The position numbers and the translations under genes were made by a program. A stretch of DNA of 64,000 bases from Patescibacteria group bacterium (GTDB taxonomy: Bacteria; Patescibacteriota; Minisyncoccia; Portnoybacterales; UBA2143), in assembly GCA_018830295.1 (NCBI GenBank), contig JAHJSM010000001.1, forward strand, positions 321,980-385,979, read 5' to 3'. Shown in pieces: positions 36,720 through 46,419 of this stretch (its first letter is position 1; every line of letters starts with the position of its first letter). The notes beneath the pieces were generated by a model. That model was not told the origin of the DNA, made no database searches, and saw only the letters and a list, made by a program, of their open reading frames with translations.

Positions 36720-37709
36720 TTATTTTACCACTTTATCAAACAACTGATATAACAACTTGATTCTTGTTTCTTTTTCTTTTCTTGGTCTTTCGGCGGCGCA
36801 GATGTCGGCTAAAATTGCTCCCATTATTCTTTCCGCTAAGCAGGCTTTCATTAAAGAATCAAAATTTTTGATTTTAAGTTTTTGGGCTGTTTTGCTAATC
36901 AGCGCGAGCCATTCATTGACCCCTTTTTCCCAACTGGCAAAATTCATTTTCCAGTTCGCCTCCATGAGCCAGTCCGACCAAATAATAAAAGACAACTCGT
37001 AGCCCTCGGGATACATTTTGTTATGCCCGAAATCAATTAGATAATATCCGCTTTCGCCTTTGAAAATCTTGGTCGGGTTAAAGAGCCCGTGGCAGTAAAT
37101 CATCTTTCTGTTTTTGAATTCTTTTTCAATCAGGTCCAATACTTTAAGATATCGCGGAATAAACTCTTTTGGCTTGATAATGGGCTTTTTGCCTGCCATA
37201 GAGAGTTCGGCTTCTTTGTTATGCGCTAATTGAAACCATCGGGCTATTCTGAAAATATGAAACTTATTCGCGGGTAGATTTTCAGCGAGTTCCAGTTTTC
37301 GTTCTGGCTTGGTTGGGAAATTCTTGCGATATTCCAAATACGCGTTAAGAAATTCTTCTCTTTGCCCGGGGTTAAGCGGTCTTTTGAATGACTCTCGCAA
37401 AGGCAATTTCTCCATTATCAACCATCCTCTGTTTGGCGATTCCATTTGGTAATCGTATACTTCCGCCGCTTTCAGAATATTGCTTTTATTCTGCTTGTTA
37501 AATCTGATTTGCGCGAGTGGCTCATCCGTGATTCTCGGGTCGTCGTAAATTTTCAAAATCGCTGGTTTGTCTTTGTATTCTCCCTCAAAAATCAAATCGC
37601 GGATATTATTTTTGGAATAATAAATTCCCCTTTTGATTTCTTTTTTAGGAATAAAACCCGTTTTTTTGAAAATCTCTTCCGCCCAAATATCTAATTTTGT
37701 TTGTTTCAT
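36720..37709 (-). CDS. Protein-kinase-fold phosphotransferase (APH/choline-kinase-like) family protein
   Basis: Catalytic-loop-like CHGLFNPTKIF and Mg-binding YLIDFGHN arrangement as in aminoglycoside/choline kinase family. Confidence 0.45.
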   Translation of the reverse strand: MKQTKLDIWAEEIFKKTGFIPKKEIKRGIYYSKNNIRDLIFEGEYKDKPAILKIYDDPRITDEPLAQIRFNKQNKSNILKAAEVYDYQMESPNRGWLIMEKLPLRESFKRPLNPGQREEFLNAYLEYRKNFPTKPERKLELAENLPANKFHIFRIARWFQLAHNKEAELSMAGKKPIIKPKEFIPRYLKVLDLIEKEFKNRKMIYCHGLFNPTKIFKGESGYYLIDFGHNKMYPEGYELSFIIWSDWLMEANWKMNFASWEKGVNEWLALISKTAQKLKIKNFDSLMKACLAERIMGAILADICAAERPRKEKETRIKLLYQLFDKVVK

Positions 37710-37727
37710 ATTACCTCCTTTTTTGGC

Positions 37728-39179
37728 TTATTTAACCCAATATTTGCCTTTCATCTCTGAGTCAACTTCTTCTTTTTTTTCTTTTATCTTTTTATCTCTC
37801 GTTTTTAATTCTTTGTCGGAGAGTTTGTTTAGTTCTTTGGCTATTTCGGAGAGTTTCTTTTTTGTGTTGATTTTTGGGTTTTCTAACGCTTCAGAGAGGA
37901 GGGCGTTAAGGATTAGTCCTAATTTTGGTCCGGGTTTGGTTTCTAAAATTTTCATTAAATCGTCCCCGTTGATTTTGAGCATCTTGACGGAGATAGGATC
38001 TTTGGAAACCTTTTCAATTAGATATTCTAAATGTCTTAATTTGTAAGGAACCGCCTTTGGGCATCCGCTTCCCAATCTATCAGTTATTCGCAATTTGAGC
38101 AAGTCCCCCATATTCTCGCGCCCAACCCGCCTCAAAAGCCGCCTTACGCCCGTTTCGCTCACCTCGTCCACGCCGTAAACAAACATGTGGTTGCGGACTA
38201 AATGCGCGACTTTTTCAATTGTTTTTTTGGGAAATCTCAATCGTTGGAGAATGTTGGCGGCGAATCGGGCGCCGACAATATCGTGGTTGTAAAAGGTGGA
38301 ATATTCCCCTTGACCTCTTTTTGTTTGCGGTTTGGCAATGTCATGCAAAAGAGCGGCGAGGCGGACTTCCAGCCCGTACTTTCTTTTTGCGCCGAATTTC
38401 AAAGCCAAAACGCAATGGCGATAAATGCTGTAAATGTGATGCCTGTTTTGCGCGACGCCAATCCCCTTTTCCAATTCTGGAATAATATATTTTAGCAGAC
38501 CTGTTTCTCGCAATAATTCAATCGCCTCTTCTGGTTCATCCGCCATAATCATTTTAATCAGTTCATCGCGGATTCGTTCTTTAGCGATTGCTTGAAGCCA
38601 GGCAGCGTTCTTTTTAATCGCTTCCAGCGTCTGGGTTTCAATTTGCCATTTTCCGGCGGGCGAACCCAACTCCGCCGTGAAACGGATGGCTCTCAACATT
38701 CTCAAGGCGTCTTCGCCAAATCTGTTGTCCGCCTTCCTTACGGCTTTAATAAGCCGTTTTTTAATGTCTTCTTGCCCGCCAAAAAGGTCAATCAATTCTC
38801 CTTTTTTATTTAAAGCGAGCGCGTTAATCGTGAAGTCGCGGCGCGAAAGGTCTTTTTCTACGCGGATGGTGAAACTGACTTTATCGGGATGTCGCTTGTC
38901 GGTGTATCTTTGTTCCGTTCGAAAAGTGGTGATTTCAACCTCTTTCAACGCCCTTTCCTCGCTTTCCGTCTTGACTGTGACTGTTCCAAATTTGTTCGCG
39001 TAAAAACTGTCAGGAAATATGCCTTGAATTTCTTCGGGCTTCGCTTTGGTTGTAATATCCCAATCCTTTGGCTTTTTGCCAAGCAGAATGTCGCGAACGC
39101 AGCCGCCCACCGCGTATGCCTCAAATCCCCCCTTTTCCAATTTCCCTAAAATATCTTTTATTTCCTTCGGAAGTTTCAT
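37728..39179 (-). CDS. cca: CCA-adding tRNA nucleotidyltransferase with C-terminal HD domain
   Basis: GGCVRDILLGKKPKDWDITT (PolB-type NTase motif), RRDFTINALA, HD domain (HHIYSIYRHC…LLHDIAKP). Confidence 0.8.
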   Translation of the reverse strand: MKLPKEIKDILGKLEKGGFEAYAVGGCVRDILLGKKPKDWDITTKAKPEEIQGIFPDSFYANKFGTVTVKTESEERALKEVEITTFRTEQRYTDKRHPDKVSFTIRVEKDLSRRDFTINALALNKKGELIDLFGGQEDIKKRLIKAVRKADNRFGEDALRMLRAIRFTAELGSPAGKWQIETQTLEAIKKNAAWLQAIAKERIRDELIKMIMADEPEEAIELLRETGLLKYIIPELEKGIGVAQNRHHIYSIYRHCVLALKFGAKRKYGLEVRLAALLHDIAKPQTKRGQGEYSTFYNHDIVGARFAANILQRLRFPKKTIEKVAHLVRNHMFVYGVDEVSETGVRRLLRRVGRENMGDLLKLRITDRLGSGCPKAVPYKLRHLEYLIEKVSKDPISVKMLKINGDDLMKILETKPGPKLGLILNALLSEALENPKINTKKKLSEIAKELNKLSDKELKTRDKKIKEKKEEVDSEMKGKYWVK

Positions 39180-39269
39180 GGTCTCATCATAACGCGATTA
39201 GATTTTTTCCGCAATCTATCCCTAGACAATTTGACCGAGGGGCGGTTTTGGTTTAGAGTGGTGGTAGAT

Positions 39270-39342
39270 GCGCCCGTAGCTCAACGGATAGAGTATCGCG
39301 CTTCGGACGCGAGGGTTGGGGGTTCGAGTCCCTCCGGGCGCA
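39270..39342 (+). tRNA. tRNA-Arg (anticodon TCG)
   Basis: Acceptor GCGCCCG/CGGGCGC, anticodon stem TCGCG/CGCGA, loop CTTCGGA. Confidence 0.7.
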
Positions 39343-39353
39343 CATAAACATTC

Positions 39354-39425
39354 GCGCTCATAGCTCAATGGTAGAGCAGTTGCCTCTTAAGCAATTGGTT
39401 CCAGGTTCAAATCCTGGTGGGCGCA
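39354..39425 (+). tRNA. tRNA-Lys (anticodon CTT)
   Basis: Acceptor GCGCTCA/TGGGCGC, anticodon loop CTCTTAA, T-arm CCAGG TTCAAAT CCTGG. Confidence 0.75.
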
Positions 39426-39472
39426 CAAGTTTTAATTTGCTTTTTTTTGTTTTGTCTGATAGAATAGGGGAT

Positions 39473-39742
39473 ATGTTAAAACCAAGTAAAAAGTCAAAAA
39501 TAATTGGCGATTATAAGACGCATGAGAATGATACTGGCTCTTCGGAGGTTCAGATTGCTATTCTCACTAAGCAGATTGAAGAACTCGCCAAGCATCTTAA
39601 GACGCATACCAAAGACAACCACTCTCGCAGAGGGCTTTTGAAAATGGTCGCCAAAAGAAAAAAACTTCTTGACTATTTAAAAAAAGAAAACGAAAAAAGT
39701 TATAAGAAGGTTACCAAAAAGTTGGGGCTGAAGACAAAATAA
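39473..39742 (+). CDS. rpsO: 30S ribosomal protein S15
   Basis: [69 protein letters not shown]; upstream part of ORF-track frame overlaps tRNA-Lys and is not coding. Confidence 0.85.
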   Translation: MLKPSKKSKIIGDYKTHENDTGSSEVQIAILTKQIEELAKHLKTHTKDNHSRRGLLKMVAKRKKLLDYLKKENEKSYKKVTKKLGLKTK

Positions 39743-40278
39743 TGCCTATTCTTAAACATAAAGAACAGAGGGTTGCTGTTTTAGTTGATGTTCAAAATAT
39801 GTATCACTCCGCCAAAAACCTTTACGGGGCGAGAGCGAACTTTAACGAGATTTTGAAGGCGGCGGTCGGGCAGAGGAAGTTGATTCGGGCGATCGCTTAC
39901 ACAACAAGAACGGAAACACCTGAAGAAAAAACCTTTTTTGACGCTTTGGAGAAGGCTGGTTTTGAGGTCAAAACAAAGGATTTGCAGATTTTTCCGGGCG
40001 GAATGAAAAAGGGGAATTGGGATGTTGATATCGTAATTGACGCGATTAAATTTTCTAACGCAGTTGACGCGATTGTTTTAGTGACAGGGGATGGCGATTT
40101 CGTGCCTTTAGTTGAATATCTTAAATTAACTCGTGGCGTTCAAACGGAAGTCATTGCTTTTGAGCGAAGCGCTTCCGCTAAATTAAAGGAGGCATCAGAC
40201 GATTTCATTGATTTGAGCGAGAATAAGGGCAAGTATTTAATCAGAAGCGGCGGCGGGAAGAAGAATATCAAAAAATAA
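39742..40278 (+). CDS. NYN-domain (LabA/DUF88-like) putative ribonuclease
   Basis: VAVLVDVQNMYHS…DVDIVIDAIK…IVLVTGDGDFVPLVEYLK, acidic residues in NYN/PIN-like arrangement; located between rpsO and pnp. Confidence 0.6.
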   Translation: MPILKHKEQRVAVLVDVQNMYHSAKNLYGARANFNEILKAAVGQRKLIRAIAYTTRTETPEEKTFFDALEKAGFEVKTKDLQIFPGGMKKGNWDVDIVIDAIKFSNAVDAIVLVTGDGDFVPLVEYLKLTRGVQTEVIAFERSASAKLKEASDDFIDLSENKGKYLIRSGGGKKNIKK

Positions 40279-40348
40279 ATTCGGCCTTTAGACAGGCAGT
40301 GTATTAATTAAAATTATTAATATTCTGAAGTTTGAAGGCCATAATAAG

Positions 40349-42502
40349 ATGGAACATAAAAAATTTCAGATGGATTTGGCGGGTCGGGAATTGAAGATTG
40401 AAGTCGGTCAAATGGCGACGCGCGCCGGCGGTTCGGTTTTGTTGACTTATGGAGGGACGACTGTTTTGGCGACGGCGACCATGGACAAAAGAGCGAGAGA
40501 TGTTGATTATCTGCCCCTCATGGTTGATTACGAGGAGAAGTTTTACGCGGCCGGTAAAATCAAGAGCGGCCGTTTTATGAAAAGAGAAGGGCGCGCTTCG
40601 GATGAGGCGATTTTGACGGGAAGAATGATCGACCGAGTTTTAAGGCCTCTTTTTAACCAAAAGATTAGGAATGAGATTCAAGTTATTTTGACGGTCTTGT
40701 CTTTTGACGGAGAAAACGATTCGGATGTTCCCTCTTTGCTTGCCGCTTCTTTGGCGCTGGGGATTTCCAATATTCCGTGGAATGGTCCTGTCGCCGGTTT
40801 TAGAATCGGGCGGACGACTGTTGGAGAAGCCGGTCCTGAACAGGATTGGGTTCTTAATCCGACTTACGAGGCGAGAGAAAAAAGCGACTTTGACTTGATT
40901 GCCGCTGGACGCGAGGGAAGAATTAATATGATTGAAGGAGGCGCCGAGCAGGTCCCAGTAGAGGTTCTGTTGTCCGCGATTGAGTTCGCGCAGCCGCAAA
41001 TTAAAAATGTGATTCAGTTTCAAAAAGACATTATTAAAGAATTAAATGTGGTCAAGGCAGATTTAGCTCTTTCAGAAACAGATAAGGCATTGGTTGAAGA
41101 AGTTAAAAAATGGTTAGGTGATAAATTAGAAAAAGCCATTTTTCAGCCGGAAAACGCGGACAGAATGGACGACGCGAATGATTTGAAAAGGGAAATGATT
41201 GAGACATTGGCTGAAAAGTTAGTGGAATCAGGCGCGGAAAAGTCGGAAATAGAAGCGAAAAAAAGGCAGATGGACGAAATTTTTGAAGAAGAAATTAACC
41301 GAATTGTTCACGACGGAGTTCTAAAAGCGCCCGCTGGACAAGAAAAAAGACCCGATGGAAGAAAATTAGACGAGGTCAGAGAAATTAAATGCAAAGTTGG
41401 TTTTTTGCCTCGCACTCACAGTTCGGCTCTTTTTGAAAGAGGAGCGACGCAAGCGCTTTCTACAGTCACATTGGGTTCTCCGGGAGATGAGCAGACAATT
41501 GAAAACATGCGAATGGATGCTAAAAAGCCTTTTTTCCATCATTACAATTTTCCTCCTTTCTGCGTTGGCGAGGTGCGTCCGATGCGCGGTCCCGGACGGC
41601 GAGACATTGGGCATGGCGCTTTGGCGGAAAGAGCGCTTTTGCCTCTTATCCCCGAAAGAGAAAAATTCCCCTATACGATTCGTTTGGTTTCGGAAGTGCT
41701 TACCTCTAACGGTTCATCTTCAATGGCTTCGGTTAGCGGCTCAAGTTTGGCCTTAATGGACGCGGGAGTTCCCATTAAGAGCCATATCAGCGGCATCGCG
41801 ATGGGGCTGATGATGGACTCGCCCGAAAATTACAAAGTTTTGACCGACATTCAAGGGCCGGAAGACCACCACGGTGATATGGACTGCAAAATCGCGGGGA
41901 CGAGGGCGGGGGTGACAGCTTGCCAAATGGATGTTAAGATAGATGGAGTTACGGTGGAAATGTTGAGAGATGTTTTCGCGGGAGCGAAGAAGGCGAGACT
42001 GCATATTATTGGCGAGATGGAAAAAGCAATTAGCGAACCGAGGGCGGAACTTTCACCTTACGCTCCGAGAATTTTAACGATTAGGATTAACCCAGAAAAA
42101 ATCGGAAAAGTTATCGGTCCTGGAGGCAAAATGATTAACGAGATTATCGCCGAAACAGGAGCCAAAATTGATATTGAAGACGATGGATTAGTAAGTATCA
42201 CCGCGGTTAATGGAAGCGATGGAGAAGCGGCTCTTCAACGAGTGAAAGACCTAACGCGTGAAGCGAAACCGGGCGAGATTTTCAAAGGAAAAGTGGTTAA
42301 AATTATGGACTTTGGCGCTTTTGTTGAAATTTTTCCGGGGCAAGACGGACTGGTCCATATTTCTGAAATATCTAATGAGCGGGTCAATCGAGTAGAGGAT
42401 GTTTTGAGTTTAGGGCAAGAGATTTCCGTCAAAGTAAAAGAAATTGATAATACGGGGAGAATTAGTTTGACTTTAAGGGGAGTAAATGACGAAACGCGAT
42501 AG
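40349..42502 (+). CDS. pnp: Polynucleotide phosphorylase (PNPase)
   Basis: Two RNase PH domains, KH (IGKVIGPGGKMINEI) and S1 (GEIFKGKVVKIMDFGAFVEI) domains; 717 aa. Confidence 0.9.
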   Translation: MEHKKFQMDLAGRELKIEVGQMATRAGGSVLLTYGGTTVLATATMDKRARDVDYLPLMVDYEEKFYAAGKIKSGRFMKREGRASDEAILTGRMIDRVLRPLFNQKIRNEIQVILTVLSFDGENDSDVPSLLAASLALGISNIPWNGPVAGFRIGRTTVGEAGPEQDWVLNPTYEAREKSDFDLIAAGREGRINMIEGGAEQVPVEVLLSAIEFAQPQIKNVIQFQKDIIKELNVVKADLALSETDKALVEEVKKWLGDKLEKAIFQPENADRMDDANDLKREMIETLAEKLVESGAEKSEIEAKKRQMDEIFEEEINRIVHDGVLKAPAGQEKRPDGRKLDEVREIKCKVGFLPRTHSSALFERGATQALSTVTLGSPGDEQTIENMRMDAKKPFFHHYNFPPFCVGEVRPMRGPGRRDIGHGALAERALLPLIPEREKFPYTIRLVSEVLTSNGSSSMASVSGSSLALMDAGVPIKSHISGIAMGLMMDSPENYKVLTDIQGPEDHHGDMDCKIAGTRAGVTACQMDVKIDGVTVEMLRDVFAGAKKARLHIIGEMEKAISEPRAELSPYAPRILTIRINPEKIGKVIGPGGKMINEIIAETGAKIDIEDDGLVSITAVNGSDGEAALQRVKDLTREAKPGEIFKGKVVKIMDFGAFVEIFPGQDGLVHISEISNERVNRVEDVLSLGQEISVKVKEIDNTGRISLTLRGVNDETR

Positions 42503-42535
42503 GGCTTATTAAGTTTTGCGCGTTTTGTATTATTT

Positions 42536-43723
42536 ATGGAGGATAACAATTCAAATTTGGCGGCAACACTTAAAGTTAAGCCCGTTCCTGAAGTGATGAC
42601 CGAAATGAAGAAAGAAACGGTTATCAGGACGATGCAAAAAGACATTGATTCTTTGCGCGGGCATATCGCGAAAGAAAGCGTAATAAAAGAGGTTAGGAAA
42701 GCGCCGCAAGAAAAAAAGAAAGATAGTTTAATTAAACGGATTATTTTGAGATTTAGAAAATCGGAAGAGACCCTCTTAAAAGAAAAAGAGCGAAAAAAAG
42801 ACGAAGAACAGAAATTTATTGAAGAACAGAAACAGAAGGAAGAGCATAAAAAAATAAGGGAAGAGCAACAGAAAATAGCCGAAGAGCGGAAGAAAGCGGA
42901 GAAAAAAACAGTTGTTCAAAAAGAAAAAAACAATTTGCCAAAATTAATTGTTTCAGCTTTGGCGATTATCTTGATTTTAATAAGCACAGGAGGAGTTCTT
43001 TACTGGTGGAATTATGTCAGAACAGTTGTTCCACCAGTTATAGCGACATATTATCAATGTCAGGATTTTCAATGCGTTAGCGTTGAAGGAGAAGGGGTGG
43101 ACCAATGCCAAATGAGCCAGGATTGTCAGCCGACGGAACCGGATATTCCGCAATCGCTCATCCCAACAAGCGGGACAGAATTGATTGTGTTAGAAGCTGG
43201 ATATGAAGACGCGTTTATTCAAGAACTAAAATTGATTTTAGCTAAAGAAAAAGAGGAAGGCGCGCTTGAAAGTATTTTAATAAAAATTACCAGCCAGACG
43301 GAAATAAGATACGCTAGTTTGAGCGATTTTATTTCATTTTTAGGGATTAATTTGCCAACGGAAATTATCCAATCTAATTACACTTTTTTTTCGTATCGCC
43401 AACCCGAAGGCGCGCGGCTCGGGCTCGTAATTCAACTTAAAGAAGGAGCTGATTTGAGCGAAACCCTTAATCTTTGGGAAACGAACATTCAAGAAGACCT
43501 CAAAGCGCTTTTTATCGGCTTAAACGAACAAGATGTTTTAACGGCGGCAACTGAAGAATTTCAAGACAATACTTATAATGAGATCGCCATCCGTTATCTT
43601 AATTTTCCAAGTTCTGACTTAAGCATTGATTACGCGGTTGTGGACGACAAACTCATTATCGCGACCTCAAAAAAGAGCATGTACGCGGCGATTAACGCGT
43701 TGATGCCGATTGAATATGAATAA
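42536..43723 (+). CDS. Membrane-anchored hypothetical protein with K/E-rich cytoplasmic coiled region and Cys-motif ectodomain
   Basis: KE-rich segment, single TM (LIVSALAIILILISTGGVLYWW), then YYQCQDFQCVSVEGEGVDQCQMSQDCQ. Confidence 0.4.
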   Translation: MEDNNSNLAATLKVKPVPEVMTEMKKETVIRTMQKDIDSLRGHIAKESVIKEVRKAPQEKKKDSLIKRIILRFRKSEETLLKEKERKKDEEQKFIEEQKQKEEHKKIREEQQKIAEERKKAEKKTVVQKEKNNLPKLIVSALAIILILISTGGVLYWWNYVRTVVPPVIATYYQCQDFQCVSVEGEGVDQCQMSQDCQPTEPDIPQSLIPTSGTELIVLEAGYEDAFIQELKLILAKEKEEGALESILIKITSQTEIRYASLSDFISFLGINLPTEIIQSNYTFFSYRQPEGARLGLVIQLKEGADLSETLNLWETNIQEDLKALFIGLNEQDVLTAATEEFQDNTYNEIAIRYLNFPSSDLSIDYAVVDDKLIIATSKKSMYAAINALMPIEYE

Positions 43724-44423
43724 AGTTAATATTAAAATAAAGAAAGGCGAATGTTCGCCGAACCAAATCGCGGATAATTTGAAAGTTGATTTAAGAGAAG
43801 ATCTAAACGCTAAAAAAAGACAGCCGTTCAAAAGGTGGCTGTTTTTGTTTATTGCTTTATTTTTGTTGGTCTTAATTTTTACTGTCTGCCAAAATACTTT
43901 TTTTTCCGATAAAACGTCTTTTAACCGTCTAATCCCCAAAGAAGCGGTTGTTTTTGGATTAATTGACCAGGCCTCGCTTTATAATCAAACAGCTCCCTTT
44001 TATGGGCTGTTAAAAGAAAGCAATTTTTACGGTCAAAACGCGCTTTCTAAAATGGGCGGATACTTCAATCAAGCGAATTTAGACATTCAAAATGACTTTC
44101 AGCCGCTTTTTAAGCAAGAAGCCGCTTTTATTCTGATGCCTTCTAATTCAGAAACATCTTTTCCTTTTGCTGTCATATTTAAGAAAAACCAGCCATCGTC
44201 CGAAGTAGAGCGAATTTTGTCTAAAATTGAACCAAAATTAAAAGAGGACTACAATTTTTCAACTGAAAAATACAGACAGATTAAAACGACATTTTTGCGG
44301 CCGATTTCCTCTGTTTCGGGCGCTTTGCCTGATTTATATGCCTACGCTCAAATAGATGGATATTTTATTATTTGCAACTCAAAAAAAACGATAGAAGCGT
44401 TTATTAACTCAATTATTGACTAA
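43710..44423 (+). CDS. Membrane-anchored hypothetical protein
   Basis: Basic N-terminus, single TM (WLFLFIALFLLVLIFTV), 14-nt overlap with upstream gene. Confidence 0.4.
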   Translation: MNMNKVNIKIKKGECSPNQIADNLKVDLREDLNAKKRQPFKRWLFLFIALFLLVLIFTVCQNTFFSDKTSFNRLIPKEAVVFGLIDQASLYNQTAPFYGLLKESNFYGQNALSKMGGYFNQANLDIQNDFQPLFKQEAAFILMPSNSETSFPFAVIFKKNQPSSEVERILSKIEPKLKEDYNFSTEKYRQIKTTFLRPISSVSGALPDLYAYAQIDGYFIICNSKKTIEAFINSIID

Positions 44424-44857
44424 TTAAGAGGTCTATGGGGACAAACTGTGGATAAGTAGGGGTTGACAGGGATAACTTTTAAATTGTAAAATAGTAGTAA
44501 GTTTTTTGCTGGCTATTGTCGGCTAGTTCTTTAATAAAAAAGTCCTCGGAGGGAGGACTAATAGACAGCAAAAGATAAATGTTTTTCTGTAAGAAAATAA
44601 AATATAAAAAAGATGATGGTTATCCTATAAGAGATGGAGGGTGATAGGGTAATATCTCTACATTATAGAAAAACAAGAGAGGATTTGATCCTAAAAAATA
44701 AAAAAAACGAGGCATCAAATCCTCTCTAATATATATCACATATTTAGAGAATAGTCAGTAGTTTTCATAAGTTAGCGGCCACTTGGTCGTTTTTTTTGTT
44801 TGATTGATTTGTCTCGGCGGTTGGGGTAAAATAAGAGAGATGGATTGGTAAGCAAAG

Positions 44858-44915
44858 AGGTTTGACATAAAGAGTAGCGACATTTCTTAAGGTCGCGCTC
44901 GTAGGTCAAACCTCG
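44858..44915. repeat. Family C variant element (TIR GAGGTTTGAC…GTCAAACCTC around module GTAGCGACATTTCTTAAGGTCGCGCTCG)
   Basis: Shares internal module with 27100 and 31861 copies. Confidence 0.7.
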
Positions 44916-44923
44916 TCAAGATT

Positions 44924-46171
44924 ATGGAAGATTATATTTGGATATTTATTTTAATAGGATTTTTTATACTTTGGGGTTTAATTTCATGGATTCGTGAGAC
45001 GATTTCCAATTCAAAAAAATATTTAGAATTAAAACCAAAGTTAGACAACTTGGAAAATTCAATAAAAGAACACGAATCAAAAATTGATAAAGATAGAGAG
45101 GAATGGAGATTAAAAGTAAAAACATGGAATGAAAAAATAAAGAACGATAAAAAAGAGATTCAAAAAATAGCCAGACAGAAATCAATGGGATTTCCTTGGC
45201 TCGCAGAAGCATATGCTGATTATTTTGCGTTAAAAGATGGCGAATTAGAAGAATATTTAAAGTATAAAAAACATCCAGCATATACTGCCGCAGAAAATGT
45301 AAAAATTATCAAAAACGCAAAAAGAGAATTAGTTAGAGAAAATAAAATAATAAGTTATAAGATTAATTATTTTGAAAAACTATTTCCTTGGTTGTCGGAA
45401 TTAATAGCAGAAAATGAAGATGAAGAAATTCCCGTTCGAATTGATGATAATCTGGAAAATAAAGACGACGATAAAGATAGGGTTAAAGATTTTCTTACAC
45501 AGGAAGAATATAGAAAGTTGCCCTCCGTTGAGAGAAATCAAATGGCATTAGATAGATATTTAAAAAATAGATATAAATCAAAATGGGCAATTGGGAGAGA
45601 TTACGAAATGTATGTTGGGTATTTATATGAACAAAAAGGGTATTCCGTTGAATATACGGGGATTATTGATGGTTTTGCAGATCTTGGCAGAGATGTCATT
45701 GCTACAAAAGACGATGAGGTATGTATTATTCAGTGCAAGCGATGGGCGTGTTGGAAAGAAATGCGTGAAAAACATATTTTTCAATTATTCGGAACAACAA
45801 TGGAATATTGGATTAAAAATTTTAAAAACCATAGAAAACCAAAAAATTTCGAAGAATTTGCCAAATTTTTAAACGAAAATAAACTCAGACCAATATTTTT
45901 TACTTCAACAAATTTATCTAATAAAGCAAAAGAAATGGCGAATGCATTAAGTGTTGAAATAATAGAAAACGAGCCACTTGGTGAATTCCCAAGAATTAAG
46001 TGTAATATAAATAATGATGAATTTGGCTCACAAACAAAGATATATCATTTACCCATAGATCAACAATATGATAGAACAATAATCGGTAATCGAGCCGGAG
46101 AATTTTACGCTTTTACTGTCAAAGAAGCGGAGGAAGCTGGTTTTAGAAGAGCATTTAAACATAGTTATTAG
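44924..46171 (+). CDS. TM + coiled-coil protein with Mrr-like PD-(D/E)xK restriction-endonuclease domain
   Basis: N-terminal TM (IWIFILIGFFILWGLISWI), long K/E coiled region, then YEMYVGYLYEQKGYSVEYTGIIDGFADLGRDVIATKDDEVCIIQCKRWA… matching Mrr_cat core (D…D/E-x-QCK). Confidence 0.5.
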   Translation: MEDYIWIFILIGFFILWGLISWIRETISNSKKYLELKPKLDNLENSIKEHESKIDKDREEWRLKVKTWNEKIKNDKKEIQKIARQKSMGFPWLAEAYADYFALKDGELEEYLKYKKHPAYTAAENVKIIKNAKRELVRENKIISYKINYFEKLFPWLSELIAENEDEEIPVRIDDNLENKDDDKDRVKDFLTQEEYRKLPSVERNQMALDRYLKNRYKSKWAIGRDYEMYVGYLYEQKGYSVEYTGIIDGFADLGRDVIATKDDEVCIIQCKRWACWKEMREKHIFQLFGTTMEYWIKNFKNHRKPKNFEEFAKFLNENKLRPIFFTSTNLSNKAKEMANALSVEIIENEPLGEFPRIKCNINNDEFGSQTKIYHLPIDQQYDRTIIGNRAGEFYAFTVKEAEEAGFRRAFKHSY

Positions 46172-46219
46172 AAATTTGAAATTAACAATTCGGATGAAAA
46201 AATAAATAAAAAATAATTT

Positions 46220-46249
46220 GGGGACTGTCCCCTCTTGGGGACAGTCCCC
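46220..46249. repeat. Family B palindromic element
   Basis: GGGGACTGTCCCC-tcttg-GGGACAGTCCCC. Confidence 0.85.
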
Positions 46250-46419
46250 CTTTGGGATAGGGGAAAAAGGCGTCAGGAATCTTTTTGGAACAGATAAAAA
46301 ATCATTCGGCTATCGGAAAGCCGAATAAGGGAATAAAATAGAAGATAAAGATTTGGCATTGTTGATTTTTCGCTTTTTTGTGATAAAATGGAAGGAGTGA
46401 AGTTATTAAAAATAAAGAT

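Noticed and set aside
39368-39472. N-terminal extension of the rpsO ORF as listed in the ORF track
   Set aside because: The extension overlaps tRNA-Lys. The conserved S15 sequence starts at Met 39473, which has an AT-rich leader.
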